Shown: positions 36,268 to 45,942 of the stretch, piece after piece
Layout: each line of letters starts with the position of its first letter
Numbering within the stretch: position 1 is the first letter of the stretch
Source of the DNA: Acidimicrobiia bacterium
GTDB lineage: Bacteria > Actinomycetota > Acidimicrobiia > Acidimicrobiales > Bin134
DNA: 64,000 nt
Reading direction: 5' to 3'
NCBI GenBank assembly: GCA_022825005.1
Contig: JAJDYU010000046.1
Span: 18,140-82,139, forward strand
Notes under the pieces: generated by a model
Database searches by the model: none
Seen by the model: the letters and a program-made list of their open reading frames with translations, nothing else
What the model was told of the DNA's origin: nothing
Made by a program: the position numbers and the translations under genes

Positions 36268-37850
36268 TGGACGGCTCTATGGTGCTTCCGGTCATCATCT
36301 TTTTGCCCCTGGTGGGCGCGGCGGCCATCGCGCTGATCGCCCCGTCTCGCTCGATGGTGCTCAAGCCGGTGGCGGTGGCCACCTCGGCGGCTACCGGGGC
36401 GCTCACCCTGTGGCTGATGGCCGCGTTCGAGGCCGGCGACGGCGGCTTCCAGTTCACCCAGTTCGCCGAGTGGATCGGCTCAGCCGGCATCTCCTGGCAC
36501 GTCGGGGTGGACGGCATCTCGCTGTTCTTGGTGGTGCTCACCGGTTTTCTGTTCCCCATCGCCATCGTGGCCTGCGACCCGCCCCACGACGCCAAGGCCT
36601 ATTACATCTGGATGCTGGTGCTGGAAACCGGCTGCCTCGGGGTGTTCCTGGCGCTCGATCTGGTGCTGTTCTTCTTGTTCTTCGAGGTCGTGCTGATCCC
36701 CATGTACTTCCTCATCGGTAAGTGGGGCCACGAGAACCGCAAGTACGCGGCCACCAAGTTCTTCTTGTTCACCATGCTGGGCTCAGCCCTCATGTTGGTG
36801 GGGATGCTGGCCCTGGCGCTGCTCACCGCCCGGGAAACCGGCGGAGCGGTCACGTTTAACCTCGTAGAGCTGGCCGAAGACGCCGGGGCGCTTCCCACCA
36901 TCACCGCTCGCTGGATCTTCTTGTCGTTCGCGCTGGCCTTTGCGGTGAAGGTGCCCATATTCCCAGTACACACCTGGTTGCCCGACGCCCACACCGAGGC
37001 CCCCACCGCCGGGTCGGTGATCCTGGCCGGGGTGCTGCTCAAGCTGGGCACCTACGGGCTGGTCCGCTTCGGCCTGTATCTGTTCCCCGAGGCGTCCCGC
37101 TACTTCGCCCCGCTGCTGTTCACCCTCGGGGTGATCGGCATTTTGTACGGCGCGGTGGTGGCCACCATGCAGCGCGACCTGAAACGCCTGGTGGCCTACT
37201 CCTCGGTGGCCCACCTCGGATTCATCGTGCTGGGCATCTTCTCCATCAACACCGAGGGCATCGAAGGCGGGCTGCTCCAGATGGTGAACCACGGCCTGTC
37301 CACCGGGGCGCTGTTCTTGCTGGTGGGGTTCATCTACGAGCGCCGCCACACCCGCCAGATCTCCGAGATGATCGGGCTCCAGAAGGCCGCCCCAGTGCTG
37401 GCCGCGGTGTTCACCGTGGTGATGCTGTCGTCGGTGGGCCTGCCCGGCCTCAACGGTTTTGTGGGTGAGTTCTTGATCCTGGCCGGGGCTTTCGTGGCTC
37501 ACCGCTGGTGGGCGGTGGTGGCCGCCTCCGGGGTTATCCTGGCCGCGCTGTATCTGCTGTGGGCCTACCAGAGGGTGTTTCACGGCACTCCCGACGACGC
37601 CAACCGGTCAATGCCCGATCTCAACTGGCAGGAGAAGCTGGTGATGGCGCCGCTGGTCGGGCTCATCGTGTTCTTGGGGGTATACCCCAAGCCGGTGATC
37701 GAGCGTATGGAGCCCGCTGTCAACCAGCTCATCTCCCACATGGAGCAAGTCGAGGGATTCCAGTCGCCCACCGTGGGTGACCGGCCCGAGGGCAGCTTCG
37801 AGGAGCTCCGCGAGCTCAAGGCCCACTACGGCGAGGAGGAGGGCCACTGA
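36267..37850 (+). CDS. nuoM: NADH-quinone oxidoreductase subunit M
   Basis: AFAVKVPIFPVHTWLPDAHTEAPTAGSVILAG, AYSSVAHLGF. Confidence 0.92.
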   Translation: MDGSMVLPVIIFLPLVGAAAIALIAPSRSMVLKPVAVATSAATGALTLWLMAAFEAGDGGFQFTQFAEWIGSAGISWHVGVDGISLFLVVLTGFLFPIAIVACDPPHDAKAYYIWMLVLETGCLGVFLALDLVLFFLFFEVVLIPMYFLIGKWGHENRKYAATKFFLFTMLGSALMLVGMLALALLTARETGGAVTFNLVELAEDAGALPTITARWIFLSFALAFAVKVPIFPVHTWLPDAHTEAPTAGSVILAGVLLKLGTYGLVRFGLYLFPEASRYFAPLLFTLGVIGILYGAVVATMQRDLKRLVAYSSVAHLGFIVLGIFSINTEGIEGGLLQMVNHGLSTGALFLLVGFIYERRHTRQISEMIGLQKAAPVLAAVFTVVMLSSVGLPGLNGFVGEFLILAGAFVAHRWWAVVAASGVILAALYLLWAYQRVFHGTPDDANRSMPDLNWQEKLVMAPLVGLIVFLGVYPKPVIERMEPAVNQLISHMEQVEGFQSPTVGDRPEGSFEELRELKAHYGEEEGH

Positions 37851-39385
37851 TGCTTCCGATCCTCGCCCAGGCCGAAATTCCCGACATCCACTGGCTGCCG
37901 CTCATCCCCCACATAGTGATGGCGGGGGCCGCAGTGGTGCTATTGACCATCGTGTCGGTGGCCGGTCGCTGGCTGCCGGGTTGGTTCGCGGCTGCGTGGA
38001 CAGTGGCCGCCGGGCTAGGAGTGCTGGCCACCGCCATCCCGGTGTGGATACGGGTTGACCAATGGGGTCCCCACTCGACCATTGCCGGTTCGATCGGGGT
38101 GGACCAGTTCTCGGTGTTCATCATCGGTGTGCTGGCCTGCACCGTGGTGCTGACCGCGCTGGTGGCCGACGGGTTCCTGCACCGGGAGAGCCTCGATGGC
38201 CCGGCCTTCTACGTGCTGTTGATGCTGTCGGCCGCCGGCGGCATCACCATGGCCTCGGCCAACAACCTCATCGTGTTGTTCTTAGGGCTAGAGATCCTGT
38301 CCCTGGCGGTATACGTGCTGGTGGCCATGCACCTGCGCCGGGCCGAGTCGCAGGAAGCGGGTATCAAGTACTTCGTGTTGGGAGCGTTCGCGTCGGCTTT
38401 CCTGCTCTACGGCATCGCCCTGGTGTACGGGTCCACCGGATCGATCAACCTGGCCGAGATCGAGAACATTCTCAGCAGCAACGACCTGAGCGACAACGGC
38501 CTGCTGCTGGCCGGGATGGCCATGCTGCTGGTGGGATTCGGATTCAAGGTGGCCGCGGTGCCGTTCCACGCCTGGACCCCCGACGTGTACCAGGGGGCGC
38601 CATCGCCGGTGGTGTCGTACATGGCCGCCGGGGTGAAGGCCGCCGGATTCGCCGCCCTCCTGCGGGTGTTCTTTGGTGCTTTCGGACCGATTTACGAGGA
38701 AGGACAGCTTGCCGATTTCAGACAGGTGACCGACGACTGGCAGCCGGTGGTGTTCGGCCTGGCCATCGCCAGCTTGGCGGTGGGGTCGATGCTGGCCATC
38801 GTCCAGACCGACGTAAAGCGGATCTTGGCCTACTCCTCGATAAGCCACGCAGGATTCATTCTCGTCGGCGTGCAGGCCGCAACCGATGACGGTGTGGCCA
38901 GCGTGCTGTTCTACTTGGCTGCCTACGCGGCCATGGCAATCGGCAGCTTTGCGGTGATCACCGTGGTGAGCGGCCCGGGCGACGAGGGCACCGCCCTCGA
39001 CAACCTCCGGGGCCTGGCCGCCCGCCGCCCGCTTTTGGCTGCCGCCTTCACCGTGCTGTTGCTGTCGCAGGCCGGCATCCCGTTCACCGCGGGGTTCTGG
39101 GCCAAGTTCGAGGTGATTACCGCAGCGGTGGACGCCCGCTCCTTCTGGCTGGCGGTGATCGCCATGCTGGCCGCGGTGGTGGCCGCCTTCTTGTACTTGC
39201 GCATCGTGGTGGCCATGTTCCTGGATGCCCCTGATGCTGATGCTCCTCGCCTTCGTGTCCCCCCCGGCCCCGCCATTGCCATCGCCATTGTGGTGCTGTT
39301 CACCCTGGCCTTTGGCATTTACCCCGAACCCCTCCTCAAACTTGCAGACGACGCCTGGCTCAACCTCCGCCTCTGGGCCCACTAA
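37850..39385 (+). CDS. nuoN: NADH-quinone oxidoreductase subunit N
   Basis: GFKVAAVPFHAWTPDVYQGAPSPV, LAYSSISHAGF. TGATG coupling to nuoM. Confidence 0.92.
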   Translation: MLPILAQAEIPDIHWLPLIPHIVMAGAAVVLLTIVSVAGRWLPGWFAAAWTVAAGLGVLATAIPVWIRVDQWGPHSTIAGSIGVDQFSVFIIGVLACTVVLTALVADGFLHRESLDGPAFYVLLMLSAAGGITMASANNLIVLFLGLEILSLAVYVLVAMHLRRAESQEAGIKYFVLGAFASAFLLYGIALVYGSTGSINLAEIENILSSNDLSDNGLLLAGMAMLLVGFGFKVAAVPFHAWTPDVYQGAPSPVVSYMAAGVKAAGFAALLRVFFGAFGPIYEEGQLADFRQVTDDWQPVVFGLAIASLAVGSMLAIVQTDVKRILAYSSISHAGFILVGVQAATDDGVASVLFYLAAYAAMAIGSFAVITVVSGPGDEGTALDNLRGLAARRPLLAAAFTVLLLSQAGIPFTAGFWAKFEVITAAVDARSFWLAVIAMLAAVVAAFLYLRIVVAMFLDAPDADAPRLRVPPGPAIAIAIVVLFTLAFGIYPEPLLKLADDAWLNLRLWAH

Positions 39386-39469
39386 GTCGCCGCGGTTCTG
39401 CCCAGCAGTTCGATCTTGGAAACAGGCCGGGTAGCCTTTTTTGTCATTCGCCATATGAAGGGTGGAAGG

Positions 39470-40003
39470 ATGATGAAGCGCATCATCGGAAGCAAGTGCC
39501 GAGCGAGTGTCACTGCGGTGGTGCTTCTACTGGCAATCGGCCTGATGGCCGCGGCGTGCGGCAACGATGACGACGGTGGCGCGACGGCCGGCCCGCCGCC
39601 TAAGACCGAGCCCGGTGCCTATACCCAGGCATTTGTGGATGACGCCGTGGAGTTCTATGAGTCCAACGGGCGCAGCGCCCTGATCGAGCACTTGCATTCT
39701 CCCGACAGCACCGATCCCCCCAGCGTGGACGGCCAGTGGTACGGGTTCGCCTTTGATCTCGATGGCGTGGTGCTGGCCCATCCCACGGTTCCCGACAACG
39801 TGGGCCAGACCCTCCACGAGATTCTCGGTGGCACCCCCGAGGGCTTGGCTGCCGCCGATGAGATGGTGACGGCCACCGAGACCGGCAAGTGGGTGGACTA
39901 CACCTATCTCAACCCCCAGAGCGGAGATTGGGAGACCAAGCACACTTGGATCGTCAAGCGAGACGACATCCACATCGCCTCCGGCTGGTACGAATCCGGC
40001 TAG
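39470..40003 (+). CDS. lipoprotein with Cache-like extracellular sensing fold
   Basis: SD GGAAGGA before ATG 39470. Lipobox LMAAAC GNDD. YGFAFDLDGVVLAHP...WVDYTYLNP...KHTWIVKRDDIHIASGWY resembles single-Cache domains. Confidence 0.6.
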   Translation: MMKRIIGSKCRASVTAVVLLLAIGLMAAACGNDDDGGATAGPPPKTEPGAYTQAFVDDAVEFYESNGRSALIEHLHSPDSTDPPSVDGQWYGFAFDLDGVVLAHPTVPDNVGQTLHEILGGTPEGLAAADEMVTATETGKWVDYTYLNPQSGDWETKHTWIVKRDDIHIASGWYESG

Positions 40004-40026
40004 GTCGGCCGCTCGACGGTTGGGCC

Positions 40027-41712
40027 CTAGGACGAGATCAGTCCCTCCTGGGGATGGGTCCAGGGCAGTTTGGGCACATGTTCGATCTGCTTGGGCCGGG
40101 GCAGAGGAATATGGCTGATGGGGACGTCGATGACCACCGGGGCCTGCCGTTCGAGCGCAGCGGGAATCAAGGCTTCTAGGTCCATGGGATCGTTCGCCCT
40201 CATGCCGATGGCGCCGAACGACTCGGCGAACTTCACGAAGTCGGGGTTGGCGAGGTCGGTTCCGTAGGTGCCGTCGAAGAAATCATCCAGGTCGCGGGCC
40301 ACGTTGCCGTAGCTGTCGTCCCTGAATACGACGGTGGTGACATTGATTCCATATTTCATGGCGGTCGACAACTCAGGTGAGTTGAACATGAAACTGCCGT
40401 CCCCGGCGAAGCACACGACAGGGCTATCTGGTTTGGCGAGCTTTGCCCCCAGCGCTGACGGGAACGCAAAGCCCAAATTAAACGAGTACCCAGAGTCGAT
40501 GTAGGTGTTCGGATGGTTGACCGGCCAGTGGGTTCGGGCGTAGAAGCCGAACTGGGTGACATCCCACACGGTGTATGCGTCTTCGGGAGTGCCCCTTCTG
40601 ATTGCTTCCAAAATGGGGTACTGCGGTTCTTTGGATCGAATGTCGTAGTAGGCGATCAGACGGCGGGCGGCGGACACGGCTTGAGCAGGGGACGGGCGGT
40701 CCTGACACCCGGCTTCGACAAGGAGCGGCACGAGCGACTTGATGATTGCTTTGGCGTCGCCGTGCAGGGGGATGGTGTTGTCTTGAATCCGGGTGAGGTC
40801 GAAGTCGTCGATGTTGATGTTCACGAGCGTCGACGACTCCCCGGCGGGGTTGCCCAAAGAAAAGCGTGTTCCAATCCCGATGACCACATCGGCGGTCTTC
40901 ATAACGTCCAAGAGCTGATTCATCTCGTGCCGTTCGCCGCCGGGGCTGACGCATGAGCCGTAGCACAGAGGATGGTTGTCGGAGACGGCGCCCTTTCCAC
41001 CGCCCGACGTCACCACCGGGATGTTCGAGGCTTCCACCAAATCGAGGAGTGCCTGCTCTGCACCGGAGAGAGCTACCCCGCCTCCGGCGACGATCAGAGG
41101 AAGCCGGGATTGCGAAATGGCCGAGGCGGCTTCTTGCAGCCGCTCGCGGCTGGGCATTGTTGGCGAGGAAGAAGCGGGATTCCGCAGTTCGACATTATCT
41201 CGTTCCACCAGGGCATCGGGTGGGCATTCGATGTAGGTCGGCCGGGGTCGGCCGGTGCGCATTTGTCGAAATGCCTCGGATACGGCCGGGGGAATCTCTG
41301 TTGGCGTCAGGGCTTGCTGGCGCCATTTGGTGACGGGTCGCAAAGTGTCCATCTGGTCTTCAATCTCATGGACCCCGCCGAGGTTCTTCCCTATCTGCCC
41401 CCGGGGAATCTGCCCGGCAATGAGCAAGACAGGACAAGAGCGAGCGTAAGCCGTGGCCAATCCGGCAGCTGCGTTGTATACGCCGACGCCGGGAACGACG
41501 AGGGCCACCCCCGGTTTGCCTGAGGCCCGGGCGTATCCGTAGGCCATGTAAGTGGCGGCCTGCTCATGACGGGTGGCGATCATCCGAATGCCGGGCTCGT
41601 CGCGCAGCGCAGCCACAACCCCGTATATCTGGATGCCAGGGATACCGAATACGACCTCAGTGCCTTCTCGGACCAGCGATTTTGTGAGAGCTTCCCCCCC
41701 GCTCAACTTCAC
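40027..41712 (-). CDS. thiamine-diphosphate-dependent enzyme (acetolactate synthase large-subunit-like)
   Basis: GGEALTKSLVREGTEVVFGIPG, HEQAATYMAYGYARASG, GDGSFMFNSPELSTA (ThDP-binding GDGx24-27N region). Confidence 0.8.
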   Translation of the reverse strand: MKLSGGEALTKSLVREGTEVVFGIPGIQIYGVVAALRDEPGIRMIATRHEQAATYMAYGYARASGKPGVALVVPGVGVYNAAAGLATAYARSCPVLLIAGQIPRGQIGKNLGGVHEIEDQMDTLRPVTKWRQQALTPTEIPPAVSEAFRQMRTGRPRPTYIECPPDALVERDNVELRNPASSSPTMPSRERLQEAASAISQSRLPLIVAGGGVALSGAEQALLDLVEASNIPVVTSGGGKGAVSDNHPLCYGSCVSPGGERHEMNQLLDVMKTADVVIGIGTRFSLGNPAGESSTLVNINIDDFDLTRIQDNTIPLHGDAKAIIKSLVPLLVEAGCQDRPSPAQAVSAARRLIAYYDIRSKEPQYPILEAIRRGTPEDAYTVWDVTQFGFYARTHWPVNHPNTYIDSGYSFNLGFAFPSALGAKLAKPDSPVVCFAGDGSFMFNSPELSTAMKYGINVTTVVFRDDSYGNVARDLDDFFDGTYGTDLANPDFVKFAESFGAIGMRANDPMDLEALIPAALERQAPVVIDVPISHIPLPRPKQIEHVPKLPWTHPQEGLISS

Positions 41713-41727
41713 CGGTTCATTCTTGCA

Positions 41728-43080
41728 TTAGTTGACTGATGACGACGACCGGGCAAGCTCCAGGCGGTACACGGTGTCGTCGAAGCTCAGCACGTAGAGC
41801 TCGCCAGCAGCGTCTTCGCCGAATGAGACCAATGTGCCTCTGGGGACGGAGAGGCCGAGTTCTGTTCTGGTGGCCTCTCCTTGGGCATCAACGGTGAGCC
41901 CCCACAGGCGGCCCTGGCAGAAGTCGCCGAACACGTAGGTGCCCACCAGGCCGGGCATGGCCGAGCCCCGGTACACGTGGCCGCCGGTTATGGAGCAGCC
42001 GGTGTCGTGGTCGTACACGTGAATGGGGAAGTCCAAGTCTTCAGGAGTCTCGGTGCCGGAGAACCTAACGTGGCCTTCGAATAGGGGCCATCCCAGGTTG
42101 GCCCCTGGCTTCCAGCCGTCGGCGGCCCGTAGTACGTGGATTTCCTCCCACTCGTTTTGTCCCACATCGGCGATCCACAGGTCGTCGGTGGACCGGTCGA
42201 AGGAGAATCGCCACGGATTGCGTGCTCCGTAATGCCAGATCTCGGCTCGCCCGCCGCCGTCGGCAAACGGGTTGTCAGCGGGAATGGAGTAAGCCGAGCC
42301 CCCGTCGGCCTCGGGGTCGATGCGGAGCATGGTGGCTAGCAGGGTGTCCAGGTCTTGACCCTGGTTGAACATGTCATCGCGACCGCCGCCGTCGCCAAAC
42401 CCGATCCACAGGTAGCCGTCGGGTCCGAAGGCGATATGGCCGCCATTGTGGTTGCAGGCCGGCTGGACAACGCTGAGCACTTCCCGGCCGGCATCGCCTT
42501 GCACCCACTGCCCGCTCATGGGGTACTCCACGATCAAGCTGTCGCCCCTCAAGTCGGTGAAGCTCACATAGAGCTTCGATCCGTCGGGGGAGAAGGCGAT
42601 GCCCAACAGCCCTTCCTCGCACTCTGGATTGGTCTGGTCGCTGATATCCAGCACCATCTCGGGAGGTTCGTCCCCGTCGGCGTCCATGAGCCACACCTGA
42701 CCTTCCCGGGTGGCCACGTAGAGGTCTCCACTGGCGCCGCCGGTGCCCGGTCGGGCGACGAGTGCCATGGGGTCGGACAGTGATGCCACCGGTGTCAGCA
42801 CCAATACTGCCTCTTCGGGCTGGGGGGCAGGCGCCGGCTGGTTCTCCTCACCCTGCTCGAGGGCTTGGCCGACAGTGGGGGTGGCCATGGGCTGCGCTGC
42901 GGAGGATGGGCTGGCGGTGGGGGCGGCGGTGCCGAACTCGATCGTGGGGCCGGGGGTGGTATCCGGAACCGTGGTGCCTTGAAATCCAAAGCCGGGCCGG
43001 TCGTCGTTGCCGCTCCCGCAGGAACTGGCCAGCAGGGATACTGCGGCAACCGCCACCGCAGCTCGTGACCACCAGCTCAC
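41728..43080 (-). CDS. PQQ-dependent sugar dehydrogenase (SGDH-type beta-propeller) lipoprotein
   Basis: LLGIAFSPDG, HNGGHIAFGPDGYLWIGFGDGG, GARNPWRFSFD, lipobox LLASSC GSGND. ORF is open to 43248. GTG 43080 overlaps the tesB stop (GTGA) and gives a normal signal peptide. Confidence 0.78.
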   Translation of the reverse strand: MSWWSRAAVAVAAVSLLASSCGSGNDDRPGFGFQGTTVPDTTPGPTIEFGTAAPTASPSSAAQPMATPTVGQALEQGEENQPAPAPQPEEAVLVLTPVASLSDPMALVARPGTGGASGDLYVATREGQVWLMDADGDEPPEMVLDISDQTNPECEEGLLGIAFSPDGSKLYVSFTDLRGDSLIVEYPMSGQWVQGDAGREVLSVVQPACNHNGGHIAFGPDGYLWIGFGDGGGRDDMFNQGQDLDTLLATMLRIDPEADGGSAYSIPADNPFADGGGRAEIWHYGARNPWRFSFDRSTDDLWIADVGQNEWEEIHVLRAADGWKPGANLGWPLFEGHVRFSGTETPEDLDFPIHVYDHDTGCSITGGHVYRGSAMPGLVGTYVFGDFCQGRLWGLTVDAQGEATRTELGLSVPRGTLVSFGEDAAGELYVLSFDDTVYRLELARSSSSVN

Positions 43081-43922
43081 GGCTTTTTCCGCAGTGGCCG
43101 GATCAATCCCTCCTGCACGACAGAGGCCACCAGCTCGCCGGTGCGGTTCCACGCCGTGCCCCATGCCAGGCCCCGGGCATTGGATGCCGAGTGGGACACC
43201 TGGTCCAAGAAGATCCAGTCGTCCATGCGCAACGGGCGGTGAAACCACATGGCGTGGTCAAGGCTGGCTGCCTGGATGTCGATCTCGTTGCCCCGAACCG
43301 GCAGCGCCTTGGTGGCCGTGTCCAGCACGGTCATGTCGCTGGCGTAGGTGAACATGCAGGTGTGCAGCACAGGGTTTTCGGGCAGAGTGCCGGTGGCCCG
43401 CAGCCACACTCGCAAGCGGGGCTCTCGGCTCTGGCCCCGTTCTGCGGGCGAGCCGGTCACATAGCGCAGCTCAATCGGGCGGATCATTCGGCCCTGGTCG
43501 TCCACCGGGAAACCGTCCCATACAAACGGCTCCAACTCTTCGGGGTCGGGGATGCCTGCGGGAAGGTCGGTCTGGTGCTCGAAGCCCTCCTCTTCTTTGT
43601 GGAAGGAGGCCGACATGGCGAAGATGGGCTGGCCGTGCTGGATGGCGGTCACCCTGCGGGTGGTGAATGATCGGCCGTCGCGCACCCGCTCCACCAGATA
43701 CACCAGGGGGGCGGCCACGTCGCCGGGTCGTATGAAGTAGGCCTGGAGGCTGTGAACCGAGCGGTCTTCCACCGTGCGGGTGGCGGCCACTAGGGCTTGG
43801 CCGGCCACTTGGCCGCCGAACACCCGCTGGCGGTCTTCTTGGGGGCTGACTCCCCTGAAGATGTCTTCCTCGATGGGCTCCAGATCCAGCAGTTCGATGA
43901 GCGCATCTACCTCAGCCTGCAT
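43077..43922 (-). CDS. tesB: acyl-CoA thioesterase II
   Basis: LLDLEPIEEDIFRG, FGGQVAGQALVAA, HSLQAYFIRPGD, SLDHAMWFHRP. Confidence 0.88.
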   Translation of the reverse strand: MQAEVDALIELLDLEPIEEDIFRGVSPQEDRQRVFGGQVAGQALVAATRTVEDRSVHSLQAYFIRPGDVAAPLVYLVERVRDGRSFTTRRVTAIQHGQPIFAMSASFHKEEEGFEHQTDLPAGIPDPEELEPFVWDGFPVDDQGRMIRPIELRYVTGSPAERGQSREPRLRVWLRATGTLPENPVLHTCMFTYASDMTVLDTATKALPVRGNEIDIQAASLDHAMWFHRPLRMDDWIFLDQVSHSASNARGLAWGTAWNRTGELVASVVQEGLIRPLRKKP

Positions 43923-44019
43923 GACCGATTGATCCTACCGTCCGCCCCCGAGTTTTCTCGCTGCCGTGGCCTTGCCGTATTCGATATTGAGAGGCGCTGG
44001 GGTACGCTTATTTCTCCCC

Positions 44020-44517
44020 ATGCCGCTTCTTGTCTCCGCTCGCGCTCACGTCTTGGACAACTGGCACCGCCTGTTGCGCTATTGCGGCACCTCCGCGGTG
44101 GGGGTGGTGCTGGGCCAGACCATTCTTCGGGTGTGCTACGACCTGTTCGGCTGGTCGGGTCTGGTGTCCAACCTGGTGGCCTTCGTCATCGCCAACATCC
44201 CGGTCTACTTCCTGTATCGGGGGTGGGTGTGGGACAGCAGCGGTCCCACCCAGTGGGGCCGGGTGGTGTTGCCCTTCTGGCTAGTCTCGCTGGCCGGGCT
44301 GGCCCTGTCGTCGCTGGCCGTGGGTTTGGTGGATGCCGCCACCGACAACGGCTGGTTCATCACCGCGGCGTCGGTGGGCGCCTTCGGCACGGTGTGGCTG
44401 GTGAAGTACGCGGTGTGCGACCGTTACCTGTTCGGCACCCTGGCAGAAGGCGAAGGACCCTCAATGGCACCTCTGGAGACTGCTGACGATGGAACCCAGT
44501 CGGCGGGCGTTCGCTGA
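44020..44517 (+). CDS. GtrA-family membrane protein
   Basis: LLRYCGTSAVGVVLGQTILRV, VAFVIANIPVYFLYRGWVW, KYAVCDRYLF. Four TM. ORF open from 43966. Confidence 0.72.
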   Translation: MPLLVSARAHVLDNWHRLLRYCGTSAVGVVLGQTILRVCYDLFGWSGLVSNLVAFVIANIPVYFLYRGWVWDSSGPTQWGRVVLPFWLVSLAGLALSSLAVGLVDAATDNGWFITAASVGAFGTVWLVKYAVCDRYLFGTLAEGEGPSMAPLETADDGTQSAGVR

Positions 44518-45118
44518 GGCCGCCCGGGGGTTCATGCCCCTCGATGAGGGGCTGGCCCTGCACCAGGCGGCCTGCGATCTAGAAATTGAAGGTCCACTGC
44601 TGGAGGTGGGCAGCTACTGCGGCAAGTCGTCGGTGTATCTGGGCGATGCCGCCCAATCCCAGCGCAGGGTGCTGTTCGCCCTCGACCACCACCGGGGGTC
44701 GGAGGAGAACCAGCCGGGCTGGGAGTGGCACGAGCCCGATCTCGTGGACCCCGCCGTCGGCCTGATCGACACCCTGCCCCACTTCCGCCGCACCGTGTAT
44801 GAGGCCGGATTGGAGGCCAGCGTGGTGGCCCTGGTGGGCGACTCGGTGGCCATCGCCCAAAACTGGTCTACCCCGCTGGCCTTCTTGTTCATCGACGGCG
44901 GTCACGGCACCGAACCGGCCCACGCCGACTACGAGAACTGGGTGCCCCACGTGGCCGTCGGCGGTCGCTTGGCCATCCACGACGTGTTTCCCAACCCCGC
45001 CGACGGCGGCCGCCCGCCCTATGAGATCTACTGCCGAGCTATGGATTCCGGCGCTTTCGATGAGTGCTCCGTCACCGGTTCCCTCAGGGTCCTCACCCGC
45101 GTCGCCCCCGGTATCTGA
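44489..45118 (+). CDS. class I SAM-dependent methyltransferase (Methyltransf_24-like)
   Basis: LLEVGSYCGKSSVYL, FLFIDGGHG, GGRLAIHDVF. Overlaps the GtrA gene by 29 nt unless it starts at ATG 44534. Confidence 0.7.
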   Translation: MEPSRRAFAEAARGFMPLDEGLALHQAACDLEIEGPLLEVGSYCGKSSVYLGDAAQSQRRVLFALDHHRGSEENQPGWEWHEPDLVDPAVGLIDTLPHFRRTVYEAGLEASVVALVGDSVAIAQNWSTPLAFLFIDGGHGTEPAHADYENWVPHVAVGGRLAIHDVFPNPADGGRPPYEIYCRAMDSGAFDECSVTGSLRVLTRVAPGI

Positions 45119-45264
45119 TCTGCCCTTCGATCCCAGTCCCGCCCCCGAGGGCCAAGTGGTCCCCTTCACGGAGATTGGTGATCACCTTCCCGACTTCGTC
45201 ACCCGCGTCACCCCCGACCAACGCGCCGCTCAAATCGCTACCCGCCGCCAATCCCGAGCCCACC

Positions 45265-45286
45265 GCTTCCGCTGCTAGCGGGAAGC
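45265..45286. terminator. hairpin between convergent methyltransferase and vapC genes (possible bidirectional terminator)
   Basis: GCTTCCGC-TGCTA-GCGGGAAGC (one bulge), followed by aGTTTGCTTTa on the plus strand. The T-tract is weak. Confidence 0.3.
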
Positions 45287-45294
45287 AGTTTGCT

Positions 45295-45681
45295 TTACAT
45301 GATGCGGATGGGGCCTGGGTAACGGGCAACGGTGGTGTCGGCGGTGAGAAGTGTGTGCGCTTCGGCTTGGGCTTGGGCAACGAGGAGTCGGTCGAAGGGG
45401 TCGCTGTGAATGGGGGGCAGTAGGTCTACCGCGGCGGCGTGGGTGGCTGTGACCGGAAGTTCTTGGTAGCCGTTTTCCCGCAGCCCCCGCAGCAGGAGTC
45501 GGGGATCGACATTAAAGTCGGCCCGGCCCAAGCCGTTCTTGATGGCCACCTCCCAGATAGACACGGCACTGAAGATCAACTCCGTTTTTGGATCTTCGAT
45601 CATGGCACGGACTTCGCCGGGCAGACGCTCGGGGACGCCGGCAGCCCATAGCAGAACGTGGGTATCGAGCAGAAAGCTCAC
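45295..45681 (-). CDS. vapC: type II toxin VapC (PIN-domain ribonuclease)
   Basis: FLLDTHVLLW (PIN Asp), SAVSIWEVAIK, DPFDRLLVAQA, LLTAD. 4-nt overlap with the upstream antitoxin gene. Confidence 0.88.
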   Translation of the reverse strand: MSFLLDTHVLLWAAGVPERLPGEVRAMIEDPKTELIFSAVSIWEVAIKNGLGRADFNVDPRLLLRGLRENGYQELPVTATHAAAVDLLPPIHSDPFDRLLVAQAQAEAHTLLTADTTVARYPGPIRIM

Positions 45682-45920
45682 TCATGTCCTTCAAAGAGCG
45701 CCTTGATCTCTGGGGTGCCCATCTGGTCAAAGTCGGCGGGCACTGAGATGCCGGGTAGGAACCCGGTCCGGCTCATTGCGCCTGTCTCCGGTGCGTCTAG
45801 GGACACCACCTTCACCAGTGGCTTGCCGGCTCGGGCAATGACAAAAGGTTCACCCTGGACCGCGCCCTCAACGAGTTTCGAGAGGTGGGTCTTTGCTTCA
45901 TGCATATTGACAACCTGCAC
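45678..45920 (-). CDS. vapB: type II antitoxin (Phd/YefM-type N-terminus)
   Basis: (V)QVVNMHEAKTHLSKLVEGAVQGEPFVIARAGKPLVKVV. GTG start with AAGGAGG 5 nt upstream. Confidence 0.85.
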   Translation of the reverse strand: MQVVNMHEAKTHLSKLVEGAVQGEPFVIARAGKPLVKVVSLDAPETGAMSRTGFLPGISVPADFDQMGTPEIKALFEGHE

Positions 45921-45942
45921 AGCGACCTCCTTGCTGAGGAAA

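Noticed and set aside
39424-39442. Possible rho-independent terminator after nuoN (AGGC-CGGGTA-GCCT followed by TTTTTT).
   Set aside because: The stem is only 3-4 bp, too weak to call. The T-run alone is not sufficient evidence.
45156-45278. 40-codon ORF (GTG 45156, VVPFTEIGDHLPDFVTRV...) in the 176-bp gap between the methyltransferase gene and vapC.
   Set aside because: No SD and no recognisable motif. Only moderate GC3 bias. Could equally be untranslated 3' sequence ending in the hairpin at 45265-45286.
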